Virus record (IMG/VR): IMGVR_UViG_3300020576_006644
Span: 1 to 64,000 of that record
DNA from: a virus
Lineage: Duplodnaviria > Caudoviricetes
Strand: one strand, 5' to 3'
Length of the DNA: 64,000 nucleotides
This document shows positions 42,644 to 52,688 of the stretch, piece by piece. The notes beneath the pieces are model-generated. The model did no database searches, was not told where the DNA came from, and saw nothing but the letters and a program-made list of their open reading frames with translations. Numbering within the stretch: position 1 is the first letter of the stretch; every line of letters begins with the position of its first letter. Made by a program: the position numbers and the translations under genes.

Positions 42644-43480
42644 CTACACCGGGCCGTCGTCGGCCGGGCCCACGCTGCGAGCCGGCAGCGTGCGGGCGGC
42701 CACCTGGCGGGGAGCGGCGGCGTGGGTCGTGGCTGCGACGTGCTGCACCGGGGCTGCCTGCGCGGGCGGGAAGCTGCCGCGGTCGAGCGCCTTCTGGTAG
42801 GCCTTCTCCTGCTGATCGTAGGTCAGGCAGCGGGCCTCGGCCGCGAGGTCCGGGGCGTTGGCGATCCAGTCGGCGACCTGCTGCGGGTCGGTGTGCAGCG
42901 GCGAGGGGCGGAGCCGGTTCTTGTACTCCCAGCGCTTGCCGCTGCCCTTGGGCGGGACGCTGATCGAAAGGTCGAAGCCGGCAGCGCTCGGGTCGAAGCT
43001 GTTGACCCCCTGCGCCAGCATGTCGCGGCTGTGCTTGGCGAAGGCGTAGTTGGCCTCGTGGATGACCGGCCCGCGCTCCTCGTCGTTGCGGAGGATGAGA
43101 CAGACGAGGTCCACCTGCCGAGCCTCCATCTGCTTGACGATCTCCAGGTCGAGCGGGTTTCCCTGGGCGATGTCGCGCATCTGCTCGTGGACGAGGCACC
43201 GCCCGCCCGGCACCCGCATCTCCAGGGGGCACAAGATGCCGAACCACTGCCCGTTGGGGAGCTGGTAGAGGTGGCGGGAGATCTTCACCATGGGCTTGCG
43301 GCCCTGCGGCGCGGGCAGCGGGCGCCCGACGAACTCGTAGACGCCGGGGTAGTCGGGGTTCTTCCCGCCGGTGCGCCAGTACTTCTTGGCGCTGCTCGTG
43401 GCGCTGGACTCGAAGTCCGCGGCGTCCGGCAGGGCGTAGGCAGTGAGGTCTGTTCCGGGGCTCTGATTTTCTTGGGTCAC
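42644..43480 (-). CDS. putative ssDNA-binding protein (gp32-like)
   Basis: RHLYQ..CPL..CLVHE Zn site, FDPSAAGFDLSI..G.G..WEY; located in the replication cluster. Confidence 0.6.
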   Translation of the reverse strand: MTQENQSPGTDLTAYALPDAADFESSATSSAKKYWRTGGKNPDYPGVYEFVGRPLPAPQGRKPMVKISRHLYQLPNGQWFGILCPLEMRVPGGRCLVHEQMRDIAQGNPLDLEIVKQMEARQVDLVCLILRNDEERGPVIHEANYAFAKHSRDMLAQGVNSFDPSAAGFDLSISVPPKGSGKRWEYKNRLRPSPLHTDPQQVADWIANAPDLAAEARCLTYDQQEKAYQKALDRGSFPPAQAAPVQHVAATTHAAAPRQVAARTLPARSVGPADDGPV

Positions 43481-43517
43481 GTTGGTCTCCTGATCTTCCT
43501 GATTGCTGATCGGCCCT

Positions 43518-44150
43518 CTAGACGGGGCCCTCATCCTCGGCGTTGCCGCCGAGTCCTGTTGTAATCGTCCGCTGTGACGGCGCGCGGGTGTCCGGAGGGG
43601 CGAAGCCGCTGAAGCGCGGGTCAGCCGGCAGCAGCTGCTCCTGCCGCACCCCGCCACTCGGCCAGCTGCGCCCGAGCTGCGCCAGCCGCACCGTGGGGTC
43701 CAGGTTCTGCAGCTCCTGCCGCGTGTTCCGGGCGGACTCGGCCACCATGTCGGCCTCGGTGCAGACGGCGCGGTAGTCCGCCCGCAGGGCCTCGTAGCGG
43801 GCCTCCGCCATGGCCTCCTGCATCACCGCGGCATCCCGGCGCGGGGCCAGCACCTCGTCGGTCCGCATGAGCGCCTGCACCTGCGCCTCGGTCGGAGGCT
43901 TGGGGTCCTTGAGGTTACCCTTGGCATCCTTGACCGGCTCCGCCCCCTCCTCCAGCTGCAGCCGGGCGGCCTGGTAGAGGAACGCCTCCTCCTTCTCCCG
44001 GTGTTCCTTGGCGGCGGCAAACAGGAACTGCGCCTCGGCGAGCTGGCGCCCGACCTCACTTATGCGAGCCGGCACAGACATGAGGGCGGCGCCGATCTGG
44101 GTGTGGTCGAGCCACTGCGGCGCGGGCGGGAGCTGGGGGGTCTGGCTCAT
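43518..44150 (-). CDS. coiled-coil protein (UvsY-like recombination mediator?)
   Basis: KPPTEAQVQALM..D motif; AAGGAG RBS. Confidence 0.45.
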   Translation of the reverse strand: MSQTPQLPPAPQWLDHTQIGAALMSVPARISEVGRQLAEAQFLFAAAKEHREKEEAFLYQAARLQLEEGAEPVKDAKGNLKDPKPPTEAQVQALMRTDEVLAPRRDAAVMQEAMAEARYEALRADYRAVCTEADMVAESARNTRQELQNLDPTVRLAQLGRSWPSGGVRQEQLLPADPRFSGFAPPDTRAPSQRTITTGLGGNAEDEGPV

Positions 44151-44197
44151 CTGCGGTCTCCTTGTGTGAGCTGTACCTAGAGGGTTTTCAAAATCCT

Positions 44198-44219
44198 GCA
44201 ATCCTGGACGTTCGTTCAG
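44198..44219. promoter_or_regulatory. 22-bp operator repeat copy 10
   Basis: GCAATC-CTGGAC-GTTC-GTTCAG; contains the TGA of the polymerase gene. Confidence 0.8.
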
Positions 44220-47020
44220 GCCGTGAGCAGCCCCATCCGGCCCCGCCGCGGGTCGCGGCGAGCCTCCAGCAGCCCCAGCTTCTTAGACTCGGCGAGCGCC
44301 GCCGCCAGGGTCTCGGGGGGCTTGTACTTCTTGGCAAGACCAAGGTTCGGACCGGCCTTGCAGTCGGCCTGCAGCGGGAACACGCGACCGTCCGGCAGCC
44401 GCCCAATCTCCCAGCTGGTCATCACGTCCTCGGTCATCCGCGCCGCCAGCGGGAGGATGGACTTGTGAACGACCGATATGATGGAGTCGTATATGCAGAT
44501 AACGGGGCGCCAGAGGTGCTGCAGATTCTCCCGCAGGATGTACTCAGTAATCTTCGCGTGCGACGCAAGAACCAGCAGCCCAGAATAGCTTCCTTGCACA
44601 ACTGTGTTGAAAACACCGTTCTCCGCCTTGCGCCTCTGCCGGTTATCCCGCGAGTCCAGGTTCCACAGCGGGCGCTTCTGCGCTACGCGCCCCTTCCAGA
44701 TGTTGTAGGTGTATCCGGTACGCCTCGCCCGCTCCAGCATCTCCCGCTTCTTCGCGTTCACCCTCGGGTAGCGACTCTCAATGGAGTCGAAGATGATCTT
44801 CCCCTCTTCCGGCGGCAGCTTGAGTCTCGTCGCAAAGGTGAAGTCGGTCCCCCCGTACGGAATCATGAAGTTGCCGACCTTTGCCTGTCGCCGCGGGATG
44901 CGCTTGCCGGCTTTCTCTAATACGAAGTCGATAGTCCCCTGGTGGATATCCCGGCCGTTCACATAGGCGTCAATCAAGACCGGCTCATCGCACAAAACGG
45001 CCATCCCGCGCATCTCTATCTGGCTGAGGTCCGTCTCCTTTATGAGGTAGTCCTCTGGGGCGGCGATGCAGGCGCGGATGCGGCGGCTCTCCTCGTCGGT
45101 TCCATACCAGTCGCAGGCGGCGCAGCCCTTCCCGTGGCACTCGTCGCAGTCCTCGGGGGACTTGAGCGAAAACAGGTTCGGCCGCACGCACGCTGGCCTT
45201 CCGGTCTCCGCCCCGTCGAGGAGATAGGACGGGTGGACGCAGTTGTCGGCGCGCAGGTAGGTGAGAAACTCCTCCCCCTTCTCAAGGGGCACGTCCTGCG
45301 CCGTAAACGACTGGTACAGCGCCGCGCAGGGGTGGAGGTGCGCGATGGCGTCGACCGCCTCCTTATCCAGGGCGTCTTTATTGTGCTTGGTCTTCTTAGG
45401 GACCGGGAGCCCCAGGCCGCCAAGCTCGCGCGGGGTGTAGAAGAACCGGGCCACTTGGTCGCGGCTGCCGAAGTCCAGCTTCTCGAACTCCGGGGTGAGG
45501 TGCGCCCGCAGCTGCGGCTCGATCTGCGCCTTACACGATTTGGCGTAGCCGATGAGTCCCTCGATCGCCGGCCGCGCCATGGGGACCCCCCAATGCTCGC
45601 TGCGGGCGTAGCTGCGGCTCGCCGGTCCCGTCACCTCTTCGTAAAGGAGATCCAGGCCCGGGTCCGCCACGATCTGCGGCCAGAGCAGCTCGTCGAGAAG
45701 CCCCGTAGCCACGCAGTCGCGGGCGTTGTAGAGCGAGAGGCGGTGCCGCGGGACCAGGGCGTAGCGGTAGCTGTCCTCCCCGTCGTCGATGAGGCGGTTA
45801 TCCTTGGAGTCGTAAATCTCCCGCAGCTTCTTGCGGGCGTAGGGGTCGGGGCAGTCGTCAAAGAGCGCCAGCTGGGTAGGCTTCCAGGCCCTGACCTGCT
45901 TCTTGACCGCCTCCAGCTCTCCGGCGAACTCGTCCTTGTAGCCACCCATCCCCACCATCTCGCTCATGGTGTCGAGGTTGGCCTTGGGGACGGCGCAGTC
46001 GAGCAGCTTCCGCGGCAGCCGCACGTCGCGGCGGTCCCCGGCGATCGGGGTCCCGAAATAGCACATGGCGGCCCGCTCATCGTAACTCCCCTGCTCGATG
46101 AACAGCATGGCCGGGTCGCGCAGCAGGCCTACCATCTCGGCCTGCATTTCCGGCTTCTCGCAGGCGGGGCGGTCCCACACGAACGCCTCGTTGCTGCCCC
46201 GCACGCATGCCGCCGCCGAGATGACCCGGAAGTCGTCGTCGTGCAGCTTCCCGCGACTCTCCACGTCCCAGGAGACGCCGCGGCGCTCCATCCGGCCGCC
46301 GACATCGACGAGTGATAGGCTGCCCTCGTGCAGCACCCGTGCCGCCTCTGCGGCTTCCTCCGCGCTGGCGATGACCGAGTAGGTCCCCGCCTCAAGGAAC
46401 TTGAGCCGCTCCTCGAAGAAGCTGTCCGACGTCGTCAGCGCCCACGCAAGATCGGTCTCCCACGCGGCCCTGGCGTGCCGGCCGTCGAGCTGCGCCGGGT
46501 TCATGAGGATCAGCGCCGGCACCCGCCCGTGGGGCAGGCGCACCCAGGCAAAGCCCCGGCGGACCGAGCGGGTGGATACGGCCCGCCCCAGCACCCCCCA
46601 GCACGCCAGCTCCCCGAGCAGCAAGATGCGAGACGGGGCGATCTGTTCGGCGTAGCTGCGCAGGTACGGCCTGCACGAGGCCGCGTGCTTCGGCTCCGCC
46701 CGGTCCTCCCCGTCCGGCCCCGGGTAGCAGCCCACCGCGTAGGCGCTAGCCACCGGCCCCGTCCAGTGCTTGCGCACCGACCGCAGGAGGTTCGCCCCGC
46801 GGGGACCGTCGGCGATGACCTTCCCGGTGATGTTCTCCAGCTGGCTCGGGTGCGAGCCGACCGTGAGGAGACCCCCCGCTTCCCCGGCCGGCGGCAGGCA
46901 GCGGTTTGTCGTCCGCTCCCCGAGCTGGCAGCGGCTGCACTGCGGATTTCGCCGCAGCGGGCCGGCGAGGTCCAGCGCCTGCGGCGGCAGCCCGGTGGGG
47001 AACAGCGGAAGGGTCTTCAC
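44216..47020 (-). CDS. polA: family A DNA polymerase with N-terminal UDG (family 4)-like and 3'-5' exonuclease domains
   Basis: CSRCQL..C.PYL..ILLLG (UDG4), WDVES and YNARD (exonuclease), DLSQIEMR (motif A), RRQAKVGNFMIPYG (B), IYDSI (C). Confidence 0.92.
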   Translation of the reverse strand: MKTLPLFPTGLPPQALDLAGPLRRNPQCSRCQLGERTTNRCLPPAGEAGGLLTVGSHPSQLENITGKVIADGPRGANLLRSVRKHWTGPVASAYAVGCYPGPDGEDRAEPKHAASCRPYLRSYAEQIAPSRILLLGELACWGVLGRAVSTRSVRRGFAWVRLPHGRVPALILMNPAQLDGRHARAAWETDLAWALTTSDSFFEERLKFLEAGTYSVIASAEEAAEAARVLHEGSLSLVDVGGRMERRGVSWDVESRGKLHDDDFRVISAAACVRGSNEAFVWDRPACEKPEMQAEMVGLLRDPAMLFIEQGSYDERAAMCYFGTPIAGDRRDVRLPRKLLDCAVPKANLDTMSEMVGMGGYKDEFAGELEAVKKQVRAWKPTQLALFDDCPDPYARKKLREIYDSKDNRLIDDGEDSYRYALVPRHRLSLYNARDCVATGLLDELLWPQIVADPGLDLLYEEVTGPASRSYARSEHWGVPMARPAIEGLIGYAKSCKAQIEPQLRAHLTPEFEKLDFGSRDQVARFFYTPRELGGLGLPVPKKTKHNKDALDKEAVDAIAHLHPCAALYQSFTAQDVPLEKGEEFLTYLRADNCVHPSYLLDGAETGRPACVRPNLFSLKSPEDCDECHGKGCAACDWYGTDEESRRIRACIAAPEDYLIKETDLSQIEMRGMAVLCDEPVLIDAYVNGRDIHQGTIDFVLEKAGKRIPRRQAKVGNFMIPYGGTDFTFATRLKLPPEEGKIIFDSIESRYPRVNAKKREMLERARRTGYTYNIWKGRVAQKRPLWNLDSRDNRQRRKAENGVFNTVVQGSYSGLLVLASHAKITEYILRENLQHLWRPVICIYDSIISVVHKSILPLAARMTEDVMTSWEIGRLPDGRVFPLQADCKAGPNLGLAKKYKPPETLAAALAESKKLGLLEARRDPRRGRMGLLTA

Positions 47021-47023
47021 GGC

Positions 47024-47266
47024 CTAGCTCTCGCTGTACCCGCGCTCGATAGCACGGCGCTTCCACTCGGCGGCGTCCACGATGAACTCGGCGATCATGC
47101 GTTCAATGGGGGCGTGCCGATCTGGAGTCACGAGGACAATTTCATCCGCAGACAGCTGAACCCCACGGGTCACAATCTTCCAGATCTTGTCCTGAAGGAC
47201 AGCGGCGATCTCAGCCTCGCGAATCGCCGTCTCCCCCACCCGCCGGCGCTGCTCGTCGGTCAGCAT
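47024..47266 (-). CDS. hypothetical protein
   Basis: 80 aa, in operon. Confidence 0.55.
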   Translation of the reverse strand: MLTDEQRRRVGETAIREAEIAAVLQDKIWKIVTRGVQLSADEIVLVTPDRHAPIERMIAEFIVDAAEWKRRAIERGYSES

Positions 47267-47269
47267 GGG

Positions 47270-48547
47270 CTACCGCCGCCCGGCCAGCGCCGCCGCCTGC
47301 GCCTCGCGCCGCGCCCGCACCTTGACAACCGAGGCCTCGATCACCTCGGGCAGCTCCCCGAGCCCGAAGAACAGGTCCAGCTGCGGGATGGCGACCCCGC
47401 GGAGGCCGGCGCGCTCATGGATCTTGGCCATCCACTGCACCGCCGCGACCACCCCCTCGTCGGTCCGCAGGTTGACCCCCGGCGCCGGCGGGTTGCCCGG
47501 CTTGAACTTGGGGTCCTTGGCGTACTCCTCGACGAGCGGGTAGCCGTAGTAGAGGCGGATGTGCGCCGAGTCGAGGAACTGAGCGTCGCTGGGATTGCGC
47601 TTGCTGTCGAGAGGGTGGATGTCGACCGGCATCGGCGGGTTGCTCAGCAGGTCCACCATTTCGTCGAGCGCATCCCCGGTCGGCTCCACGCGCTGCTCGG
47701 GCTGCTGCACCGCGGTGGCCGGTGGCTTGACCTGCACGATCGAGGCCTTGGGCAGCTCGTCGATCTTCCCGCTGAGCGCCGCCATGTCAGCCTGGAACGC
47801 CGCGGTAGCCACCGGGTCCGGGGTCGTCGGCTGCGCCGGGAGCATGCCCGCCTTGGCGAGAGCCGCCTGCCCCACCGCCTTGACATACGCTTCTTCTGGG
47901 GACAGCTGCTGCGCCGCCTGCTTGACCGCTGCAGCCGCAGCCTCATCCGCCGCGATCTGCTCCCGGGTGCGCCGCTTGCGCTTGGGCTGCTCGGGCTGCG
48001 CTTGCGCCACCGGCACGCCGGCGATGGTGGCCGGCTTGGGCTCGCTGAGGAGCGGGTCGCTGCTGGTCGGCTGCGGCTCGTTCTTGAACGGTGAAGTCGG
48101 CCCCTTGTCGTCCAGCGGGCGCAGCTCGGCGGCCTGCGCGCCCGTCACCTGCTCGCCGATCTGGAGCAGGACGTTCTGCACGATGGAAAAGGCGTCCGGG
48201 TCACCAGGGTTCAGCAGCTCGGGAACCTCGATGTCCAGCTTCCCGGCGATGCTGAGGATGTCTCCCGACAGGTCGCGGACCCGCTTGCGGAGCGTCTCCT
48301 CGCGCTGACTGGTCGGCTGCCCGCAATCCTGCCCCGCACCCAGCAGCGATTGGTCGAACTCAACCTGCAGACCACCGCCGAGGAGATCGACGAGCATCGC
48401 CACCAGGGACGTTCCGTTGCCCCCGCCGATGATCTCGACCGCCATACCGTCAACGTGCTGCCGCCACTTGAGCCGGGTCTCCAGCTGGCCACCGGCCACC
48501 AGCTTGGTGAGAATAAAGCCCCCATCGGGGTGAAGAGTAATCGCCAT
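47270..48547 (-). CDS. hypothetical protein
   Basis: 425 aa, AGGAGG RBS, KRKRRTREQIAADEA low-complexity segment. Confidence 0.7.
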   Translation of the reverse strand: MAITLHPDGGFILTKLVAGGQLETRLKWRQHVDGMAVEIIGGGNGTSLVAMLVDLLGGGLQVEFDQSLLGAGQDCGQPTSQREETLRKRVRDLSGDILSIAGKLDIEVPELLNPGDPDAFSIVQNVLLQIGEQVTGAQAAELRPLDDKGPTSPFKNEPQPTSSDPLLSEPKPATIAGVPVAQAQPEQPKRKRRTREQIAADEAAAAAVKQAAQQLSPEEAYVKAVGQAALAKAGMLPAQPTTPDPVATAAFQADMAALSGKIDELPKASIVQVKPPATAVQQPEQRVEPTGDALDEMVDLLSNPPMPVDIHPLDSKRNPSDAQFLDSAHIRLYYGYPLVEEYAKDPKFKPGNPPAPGVNLRTDEGVVAAVQWMAKIHERAGLRGVAIPQLDLFFGLGELPEVIEASVVKVRARREAQAAALAGRR

Positions 48548-48601
48548 GTTCTAGTCCTCCTGTTTGTTTAACCGTTCCCTATGTTTTCAGGGCTGCAGTT
48601 C

Positions 48602-48623
48602 GCAATCCCTGACGTTTGTTCAG
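48602..48623. promoter_or_regulatory. 22-bp operator repeat copy 11
   Basis: GCAATC-CCTGAC-GTTT-GTTCAG; contains the TGA of the primase gene. Confidence 0.8.
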
Positions 48624-49519
48624 TGCTTCGCCGCCTCACGAGCCGCCTCGAAGAGGCGGTCGGGGTCTATCTCGTCTGGGTCCGTCCCGCCCGGCAGCCG
48701 CAGGGCCGAGAATCTTCCGCTGCCGCCCTGACACAGGGACAGCATGCGGAGCTGCTGGGCAAGCCCCCAGCCGGCCAGCCACGCATCTCCGTCCAGCGCG
48801 AAGACGACTGGGCGCCGGGCCTCCAGCAGCATGAGCTGTTGTTCCGAGCTCGGCATACCTAGCGCGCCAGCGGCGTCCCCGCGGTCCATGAGGAACATCG
48901 CGTCCATGGACCCCTCGACGATGACCAGCGGCTCCTCGGTCTCCCGGTGCAGGTGCTCCCCGCCGAAAAGGAGTAAGCCCCTTTGCAGTCCGGTACTATA
49001 AAGGTAAGGAAGCGGGTGCTTCTTCTGCCAGCTCCTGCCGATGAAGCCGAGAAGCTGTCCGTCCGGCGCCCGCAGCGGGATGATCACCCGCCCGTACCAC
49101 TTGCTCCCAGGTACCAACACCGCCCCGATCCCGTACCGGCGGCGCTTGGGTTCGTCTATCCCGCGCCGGTTGAGGAACGCCCGCGCCTCCGCGCCGTTCC
49201 GTGATGACTTCCCCGGCTCCTCGTCGAGCAGGTAGAAGCCGGCAGGCAGCTCGGTAGACTCCTTCGCCCCGTCGTCCGCTAGGTGGTCGAGCTGCCTCCG
49301 CACCGGATCGTCGATGAGGTCGAGATAGCCAGCGGCCCGCCCGCGCAGCCCGCAGCGCTTGCAGTGATAGAAGCCGGTGGGGGAGTGGAAACTCCAGCTT
49401 TTTTTGGTGTCTGTCTTGCCCGCTCGCTCGGGGCAGGCCAGACAATTAGCGCGCAGCCAACGCGAGTTTCCGCTGGCCTTAGCGTCTGCAACCATTGAGG
49501 CGACGAGGGGGTGGCTCAT
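48620..49519 (-). CDS. DNA primase (Zn finger + TOPRIM)
   Basis: CLAC..YHCKRC, RVIIP..GFIGR, IVEGSMDA, ALDGD, DPD. Confidence 0.88.
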   Translation of the reverse strand: MSHPLVASMVADAKASGNSRWLRANCLACPERAGKTDTKKSWSFHSPTGFYHCKRCGLRGRAAGYLDLIDDPVRRQLDHLADDGAKESTELPAGFYLLDEEPGKSSRNGAEARAFLNRRGIDEPKRRRYGIGAVLVPGSKWYGRVIIPLRAPDGQLLGFIGRSWQKKHPLPYLYSTGLQRGLLLFGGEHLHRETEEPLVIVEGSMDAMFLMDRGDAAGALGMPSSEQQLMLLEARRPVVFALDGDAWLAGWGLAQQLRMLSLCQGGSGRFSALRLPGGTDPDEIDPDRLFEAAREAAKH

Positions 49520-50145
49520 ATCGGCCCTTGAAGCGCTGTTCGGGCGATTCCAAGCAGAAGATCGCGAAAGGGAATCGGGGTGGCAGCTCGCTGCCACCCG
49601 CTCATGCGCTGGCAGATACCCGTTTTGACGGCCCGCCGCCGCTCCTCCGTGCTGTGAAAGCCCTGATCGAGTCTCACTGTCGCGGCTGATTTTCCCCACA
49701 GGAGTTCAGGCAGCTCACACCACGCGGAATAGAGCCACGTCGCCTTACGTGCTTTATGGCCGTAGTGCCCTTGTTCAACACAGCAAGTCCAGCCGATCCC
49801 GTCGCCTGCCGGAACCCAGCCGCCAATACGCGGTGGTTTGTCTAACTTAAACGCGGGCCACGCAGCCGAGGCCTCGGGATGCTCAAGAACACCACCCCAC
49901 TTGCGCACGGCATCCAGCGCCGACGCAAAACAACCTCCGTCGTCGCCCTTAATCTTCCGCACCTTGCAAGACGGACCGCCGTACCAATACCGACCCCAAC
50001 GCTGGCAGGGCGAGTGACAAACCACCGGATGGGGTCCCGCATACCGTCGCGCGTCTCGCTTTTCGTCCCACGGGTCTACGTCATCGAGGCCTATGTAGCA
50101 CCCGTTCGGCTGGACGTACAGAGCTGCGACAATAGGGTGGCTCAC
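49516..50145 (-). CDS. conserved phage protein, possibly C5-methyltransferase-like
   Basis: AALYV..RDARRYAGPHPVVCHSPCQRWG..VLEHP..YGHKARKATWL. Confidence 0.45.
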   Translation of the reverse strand: MSHPIVAALYVQPNGCYIGLDDVDPWDEKRDARRYAGPHPVVCHSPCQRWGRYWYGGPSCKVRKIKGDDGGCFASALDAVRKWGGVLEHPEASAAWPAFKLDKPPRIGGWVPAGDGIGWTCCVEQGHYGHKARKATWLYSAWCELPELLWGKSAATVRLDQGFHSTEERRRAVKTGICQRMSGWQRAATPIPFRDLLLGIARTALQGPI

Positions 50146-50324
50146 GCCTGTTTCTCCGCCGCCTTCTTATCGCGGTAGCGCTTCTGCTGCCGGGCCAGCT
50201 TCTCCCTGTATTTCTTGTCCTCGCACTCGTGGCAACGCTTGGGAAGAACCCCGGACGGCTTGTGAATGACATTCCGCGGACGGGAAGGTCTCCCGCAATT
50301 TTCGATACACATCTGCACGGTCAC
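50142..50324 (-). CDS. small Zn-finger protein
   Basis: CIENCG..RCHEC; coupled at both ends. Confidence 0.5.
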   Translation of the reverse strand: MTVQMCIENCGRPSRPRNVIHKPSGVLPKRCHECEDKKYREKLARQQKRYRDKKAAEKQA

Positions 50325-51805
50325 ACCCCCGGCCAGAACTGGTGCTGCTTGGTTTTCCACCCGCGAGGATTCTCCACCCACGGGTAGGGGTCGTCCTTGA
50401 TGCGGACCACCTGCGCGCACTCGTAATATTTGGGGAGCGCTGGAGTAGAGCTGCCCATCTGCCCCCCCTGGCGCCCCTTGTCGAAGTAGTAGACGTTCCC
50501 GTGCTGGATGGGGTGCCAGTTGAGGGTCAAGCACCAGTCCGCGATCCGTTTCTTGCGAACAGAATCCGCTGCCTCCTCCCCGGTGAGCACCTTGAACCGT
50601 GCCATGTTCCGGGCGCCCTTGGCCTGGCTGAGCGTGGCCACCACCCGGCAGAGGCTCGGGTTCTCCGTCGGGTCCTCCTGTCCCCCTTTTGCCTGGAAGG
50701 CGAAGTAGGCGTACAGGAGCCCGAAGCCCTGGTAGGTGTTCTGCGTGTCCTTCTTGGCCAGCTTGTCGAGGCCCGGGAAGTCGATCTTGGTGTAGTTGAC
50801 GTGCTCGTCGGCGTCGATGTAGATGAGGTCCGCACGCTGCCCGGCCCGCCGCTCCTCCTCCGCCACGATCTCGAACAGCTCGTTGGCCGTCGTCACCGTC
50901 GACTTGAAGTGGTGGAGCTTCGGGGCCACGATCTGCTTGTTGTCGAGCAGCCACTTGTACCGGACCTGCATCTCCTCGTCCCATTCGGGCTGATCCACCG
51001 CCGCGTCCATCGGCACCCCGGTGAGGTTCGACACCATGCGCAGCACCTCGTCGCCGCGGACCACCTCCCCTGTGAGGTAGATCGCGAACTGCTTGCGCCG
51101 GGCGGCCGAGCAGGCGTGGTGGTTTGCGAGCATGCTCTTGCCCTCCCCCGAGTATCCGACGGCGAAGCCGAACTTTCCCTTCTGCGGACCCCCTCGCATG
51201 AGGCCGTCGAGCTCCGGCACCCCGAACGGCACGCGCGGGAGCCGAGCCAGCGCCAGGGCCCGGCCGATGTCGTCGACAGTGACCGAGCTGTCCCCGAAGG
51301 TAGCCTTCCCGACGCCGACCACGTCCAGCGCCGCGGTCGCGGCTCGCAGCTTGGCGTCGGCGATGTCCCGCCTCTCGGGGTCGTTCGTGGAGCTGGCCTC
51401 CACGGCGTGCTTGACCTGCAGCTGCCGCAGCTGCCGCTTGATGCTGGGTGCCACCTCGGCGACCGCCTGGTCCTCGGCCACCTCGCACGGGGCCGAGACG
51501 AGGTAGTCGTAGCAGGCCGCGGCCCTGGCCCTGGTGATGCGACCCGCCTCGGTGCTCTTTCGCTGCACGCGCTGCAGCACGATCGTGATCCCCCCGCACC
51601 GAGCCGGGTGCCGCCCCTCCTTGGCTATCTCCCCCACCGCCTCGACGATGAGCCGCGCCTCGTCGGCCCCGAGCAGTTCCGCCACCCAGAACTTCCCCGC
51701 CCGCTCCCAAAAGGTCTCGGAGACCACGGCGAGCCGCACCGCCTCGCGCTCCAGCTCGGGGCGCAGCTCGTAGGGGATGCGGGTTGGGTCGGCGGTGAGG
51801 CTCAT
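50321..51805 (-). CDS. DnaB-like replicative helicase
   Basis: FGVPELDGLMRGG..GYSGEGKS, YLTGE, IYID, TLSQ, ADS.RK.RIAD. Confidence 0.85.
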   Translation of the reverse strand: MSLTADPTRIPYELRPELEREAVRLAVVSETFWERAGKFWVAELLGADEARLIVEAVGEIAKEGRHPARCGGITIVLQRVQRKSTEAGRITRARAAACYDYLVSAPCEVAEDQAVAEVAPSIKRQLRQLQVKHAVEASSTNDPERRDIADAKLRAATAALDVVGVGKATFGDSSVTVDDIGRALALARLPRVPFGVPELDGLMRGGPQKGKFGFAVGYSGEGKSMLANHHACSAARRKQFAIYLTGEVVRGDEVLRMVSNLTGVPMDAAVDQPEWDEEMQVRYKWLLDNKQIVAPKLHHFKSTVTTANELFEIVAEEERRAGQRADLIYIDADEHVNYTKIDFPGLDKLAKKDTQNTYQGFGLLYAYFAFQAKGGQEDPTENPSLCRVVATLSQAKGARNMARFKVLTGEEAADSVRKKRIADWCLTLNWHPIQHGNVYYFDKGRQGGQMGSSTPALPKYYECAQVVRIKDDPYPWVENPRGWKTKQHQFWPGV

Positions 51806-51809
51806 GAGG

Positions 51810-52688
51810 TCAGCGCACCATACCCGCGTGGGCCGCCAAAGAACGAGGCTTGACTTCTGCTGGCTTGAGCCAGCAGCCCCACACCCAGGTCCCTTGCTCG
51901 GCCATGGTCGCCATCCGCCGCTCGATGCCCGCCGCCGCGGTTCGCTCCCGCAGGTCCAGCGCTCGCAGGTCTTCGCCGGCAAGGCACGCACCCACCGACC
52001 CGATCGCCCGCTCGCAGCTCTCCCGGTTCGAGAAGCCCAGCCGGTAGATCGCCGCCTCCCGGGCCTTGGCCGCGTCGTAGGCCGGGGTGATGCCTAACTT
52101 CTTCGCCCAGGTCTCCCCAGGCCGGGCGGCGCCGGCGGTGAGGTCTGCGGCGGTGTGGCTGTACACGCGCAGGGTATCCGCCCGCAGGAGCCGACCCGGG
52201 TTAAAGATCGCGCCGATCGCCGGGAAGCTGCCGGAGGGCCGCCAGCTCGTCGCGCCCATCACCCCGAGCTTGGCCGCCACCGACCAGAGCAGCCAGCTGT
52301 GCGGGGCGACCTCGCGCGGCAGCTTCCCACCGCCGACAACTTCCTCCAGCTCGCCCCACGCCTCCCCGGCCATCACCGCAGCGGCGGCCACCAGCTTCCC
52401 GCGCTCGGCCGCCGCCCGGCCCTCCCCCTTCCGGGCGGCCAGGGCCATCATCCGCACGCGCGGCAGGAGCAGCGGCGGGCAGTGCAGCTGCGCGAAGCTG
52501 AGGTATGCCTCGACGAGGAAGGCCACCCGCTGCCCCTCGGTCCAGCTCCTGTCCAGCATCGGTGGGTGCGGGGCGCGGACCACCACCGGGTGCAGCTCAG
52601 GAAGAAGGTCCGGCCAGTGCGCGCGGGCGTACAGCACGGCGTCGGCCCCGACGAGGCGGCTAGAAGTCGTCATCGTCAAAGTCCTCAT
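51810..52688 (-). CDS. hypothetical protein (start uncertain)
   Basis: ORF upstream of the helicase. Confidence 0.5.
   Translation of the reverse strand: MRTLTMTTSSRLVGADAVLYARAHWPDLLPELHPVVVRAPHPPMLDRSWTEGQRVAFLVEAYLSFAQLHCPPLLLPRVRMMALAARKGEGRAAAERGKLVAAAAVMAGEAWGELEEVVGGGKLPREVAPHSWLLWSVAAKLGVMGATSWRPSGSFPAIGAIFNPGRLLRADTLRVYSHTAADLTAGAARPGETWAKKLGITPAYDAAKAREAAIYRLGFSNRESCERAIGSVGACLAGEDLRALDLRERTAAAGIERRMATMAEQGTWVWGCWLKPAEVKPRSLAAHAGMVR

Noticed and set aside
185-48094. Long alternative-frame or antisense ORFs (e.g. 185-1078, 5642-7147, 9530-11050 full length, 20069-21349, 27339-29243, 44942-46315, 46328-48094)
   Set aside because: They are Arg/Pro/Gly-rich shadow ORFs overlapping well-supported genes, as expected in high-GC DNA.
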